Shown: positions 61,103-64,000 of the stretch, piece by piece
How the letters are laid out: every line of letters starts with the position of its first letter
Numbering within the stretch: position 1 is the stretch's first letter
NCBI GenBank assembly: GCA_963748625.1
Contig: CAVVJT010000010.1
Location: 192,001-256,000 of the forward strand
Length of the DNA stretch: 64,000 bases
DNA from: an uncultured Chloroflexia bacterium
GTDB lineage: Bacteria > Chloroflexota > Limnocylindria > Limnocylindrales > CSP1-4
Reading direction: 5' to 3'
Notes under the pieces: generated by a model
Told to the model about the DNA's origin: nothing
What the model saw: the letters and a program-made list of their open reading frames with translations, nothing else
Databases searched by the model: none
Program-made: the position numbers and the translations under genes

Positions 61103-64000
61103 TCAGGTGGGGTTGGCGACCAGCTGGATGGTCTCACGGCCCCGCGGGGCGGCGCCGTAGTAGTCGCCGCGATTGGCGTTGGTCACGAGCAGGAGGCCGA
61201 TCTCCGACGGGTTCGCGTCGTACGTGTAGGACGTGCTCCAGTCGGTGATCCCCAGGGTCCCGATCCCACCGGGCAGGATGTCGCCGTTGAGGTTCAGGTC
61301 GTCGCCGTACCAGGCCGTGACGGCGTAGCGCTCGGCCATCGGGGCGACCTCGATCCCGTACACGGCGTCCGTGAGGGCGTAGTCGCGGAAATACCAGTCG
61401 TACGCCTCGACGTCCATGGTGATCGGGCTGCCGTAGTCGGCCGTGGTCATCCCGATCTGCGAGCCGCAGAAGTACAGGATGGTGTTCGGGTCATTGGTGG
61501 AGTTGTCGGCCCACCACATCACGCTGACGTCGTCGGCTGCGACGTCGTAGACATAGGTCGCCAGCCGGGCATCGCTGAGCGAGCCGGACACGGTGCCGGT
61601 GAACACGACGTACTCGGGCGCCGCGTCGCCCTCGGTGTCGAGGTAGAGGTCGTACTCACCCGGGACAGCCGCGAAGGTGCGGCGATCCCACTCTGTGATG
61701 GCCACGCCGTAGAGGAAGTCGTCGCTGACGTCGCAGTAGTTGCCCTCCCAGGTCTGGACACCGACCGACTTGATGTCGATGACCGGGCTGTTCATGCCGG
61801 GCCGTGAGGCCGGCTTGTCCGGGCTGGTGGCGACGAGCGAGTAGAAGTCGACGGCGCCGACGCCGGCGCCGCTGTTCTTGAGGTCGACCTCAGTGCCGGG
61901 GACGAAGGTGGTCCCGTCGAGTGAGGCGACATCACCGGCCTGCCGCGGCAGGACATGCCAGGCCACGTGCGCCGGATCGGCGTCGTCGCCCGAGTAGCCC
62001 TTGCGGTCGAACTTGATGTAGCCGTCGTACTCGAGCAGGTCGAGCGGGGCCGGGTCGAGGGCCAGATCGTTGCCGTTCATCGTCCAGGGGCGCAGCTTCT
62101 CGGCATCGACCTTGAGCTTGACGTCGAAGGACTTGGTCTGGCCCGCCTTGAGCGTGATCTCGCTCGGGGCGGTGACGCTCACGGCGCCGTTGGACTTGTC
62201 GTTGCTGTACCGGAACGTCGGCTTGATCTTGAAGGTGAGGGTCTTCTTGGAGTAGTTCTTGATCTTGAGCGTCTTGGTGTAGGACTTGTCCTTCTGCCCG
62301 TCCACGAACCCGAACGACAGCGAGCCGCTCTGGCCCGAGGCGTCCCAGATCGCGATCGGGGACGCCAGCGCGCGGTTGACGCGCAGCTCGCCCCCGCCGA
62401 TGCGGGTGATCGGGGCCCTGACGCCCGGCTGCAGGGCGTTGTCGGTGTAGGTGTCCATCTCGGCGGTGTTCATGAGCACGGCCTTGATCTCGAGGCCACT
62501 GCGGCGCGGGAAGGCGCTCTTGATCATCGCTGCGGCGCCGGTGACCATCGGCGCGGCGCCGGAGGTGCCGCCGAAGGCCTGGGTGGCGGTGCCACCGCCG
62601 GAGACGGCGGAGACCGATGCGCCGGGGGCGCCGATCTCGGGCTTGATGCGGTTCGTGATGGACGGACCGCGGCTGGAGGTGCCGGCCATGCCGCCGACAA
62701 GGTTGACGGTGGTGCTGCTGTTGACGCTGACGGTGACCGTCGCGGGCAGGGTGAGCTGGGCCTTGATGGCCGAGCTGAGCGTCTGCTGGATCACGAGCGT
62801 CGGGACGAACGTGTCGCCACCGCCGTAGCGAGAACGACACCGCGTCGCCGGGGGCGACGAGGCCGATCAGGACGCCGATCGCACCTGCCTTGGCGGCGCG
62901 ATCGGTCTTCTCCGACACCGCACACGTGCCGCGGTCAACAAGGGCGACCTTGCCGGTGAGCGCGCCCGGTGCCGGATAGGTGACGTCAGCCGCGCAGCCG
63001 GTGCCACCGACATAGACGACGTCCCCAGCGAAGCCGGCGCCGACCGGGGCCCAGTCCACGCTCTCGACGTTCTTGTAGGTGCCCGCGATCGCCGCCGGGG
63101 CGGAGATGACGAGCGGGAACTTCTTGGCACTGGGGACCTGGGTCTGCGCGACCGACAGGGCGCTGGGCGCCGAGGCCGGGGTGCCCGCGATGTACGGCTT
63201 GTTGGCGCCGTTGCCGGCGGAGGCGATGGTCAGGATGCCGGCGAACTTGGTGGCCCGCTCGACGGCCATGGACAGGTCGTCGTTGTAGGGGTCGCCGTAG
63301 TCGCTGCCGAGCGACATGTGGATGATGTCCACGTGGTCGGACATGCTGGCGTCGCCGTTGGGATCGAGCGCCCAGTCCATCGCGTTCATGAGCGCGATGC
63401 CGGAGCATGACGTCGAGACGCTGGAGCAGACCTTGACCGCGAACAGGTTCGCGCGCGGGGCCATGCCCTTGGCGCCGCCGATGATGTCGGCGACGTGGGT
63501 GCCATGGCCGCCGTCGGTGCCGTAGGCGATGCCGAGGTCGGTGCCGGAGTCCGGCGAGTCGATCGGGTCGGGATCAGGCGCCTCGTCACCAGCGGGCCAG
63601 ACCTCGCCGGTGAAGTCGTAGCCGCCCTTGATCCGGGAGGTCGGGAACAGCCCGTCGAGGGTGGTGTTGCGGGTGTCGTCCGTACCGGCGCCGTAGGCGG
63701 CCTTGAAGGCGGCCTCGGTGCCGGCCCCACCCAGTGCGGCGTGCGTGTAGTCCGCGCCGCTGTCCAGGATGGCGATGTCCACGCCCTGGCCCTTCCAGCC
63801 CTTGTTCTGGACCACCTTGCCGCCCACGTACGGGACGGTCTCGGAGAGGTCGAGCGTGTAGTCCCTGACGGGGATGATCGCGACGACGTCGCGGCTCTTG
63901 GCGAGCTTGTTGAGGGTCTTGACGTCAGCCTTGAGCATGACGACGTTCGAGGCCTTGCCGGTGCGGCCGAGGACCGTGACGTCCTTGTCGATCGCCTTGG
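61103..64000 (-). CDS. S8 subtilisin-like peptidase with PA domain (5' end outside window; +1 frameshift at about 62828)
   Basis: Triad ILDSG, HGTHVA, GTSGAAP split across two frames; removing one base restores VSFSYGGGDT. Confidence 0.85.

Overview
Very GC-rich bacterial chromosome segment. Gene content (sbp inside the dcw cluster, F420-type nitroreductase, Cys-rich LysM protein, leaderless genes) suggests Chloroflexota, possibly Limnocylindria-like; this is an inference. The window is mostly housekeeping: acnA, tRNA-Val(CAC), a minus-strand division/cell-wall cluster (mraZ to ftsZ-yggS-yggT-yggU, lacking murC, murE and sepF), rnpB, sdhCDAB-icd, sucCD, a propionyl-CoA carboxylase/methylmalonyl-CoA operon, parAB, lipid and envelope-stress genes, and a frameshifted subtilase. 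Three things stand out. (1) A 16-bp palindrome GTCTTTRCGCAARGAC occurs four times within about 5 kb around parAB, one copy inside parB, and this ParB has altered DNA-recognition residues: a candidate non-canonical parS-ParB pair, with DnaA-like boxes in the parA leader. (2) A ~3.8 kb lower-GC island is bounded by a perfect 33-bp duplication of the 3' end of the RNase P RNA gene, so rnpB appears to be used as an integration site. (3) A soluble histidine kinase with a winged-helix-like N-terminus, an OmpR-type regulator and a tip-less GreA-like protein lie divergent from gdh and a metallothionein-like ORF, around a symmetric GTGAAC/GTTCAC element. Several single-base indels suggest assembly errors, so frameshift calls are tentative. 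All calls are by eye; no database searches were run.
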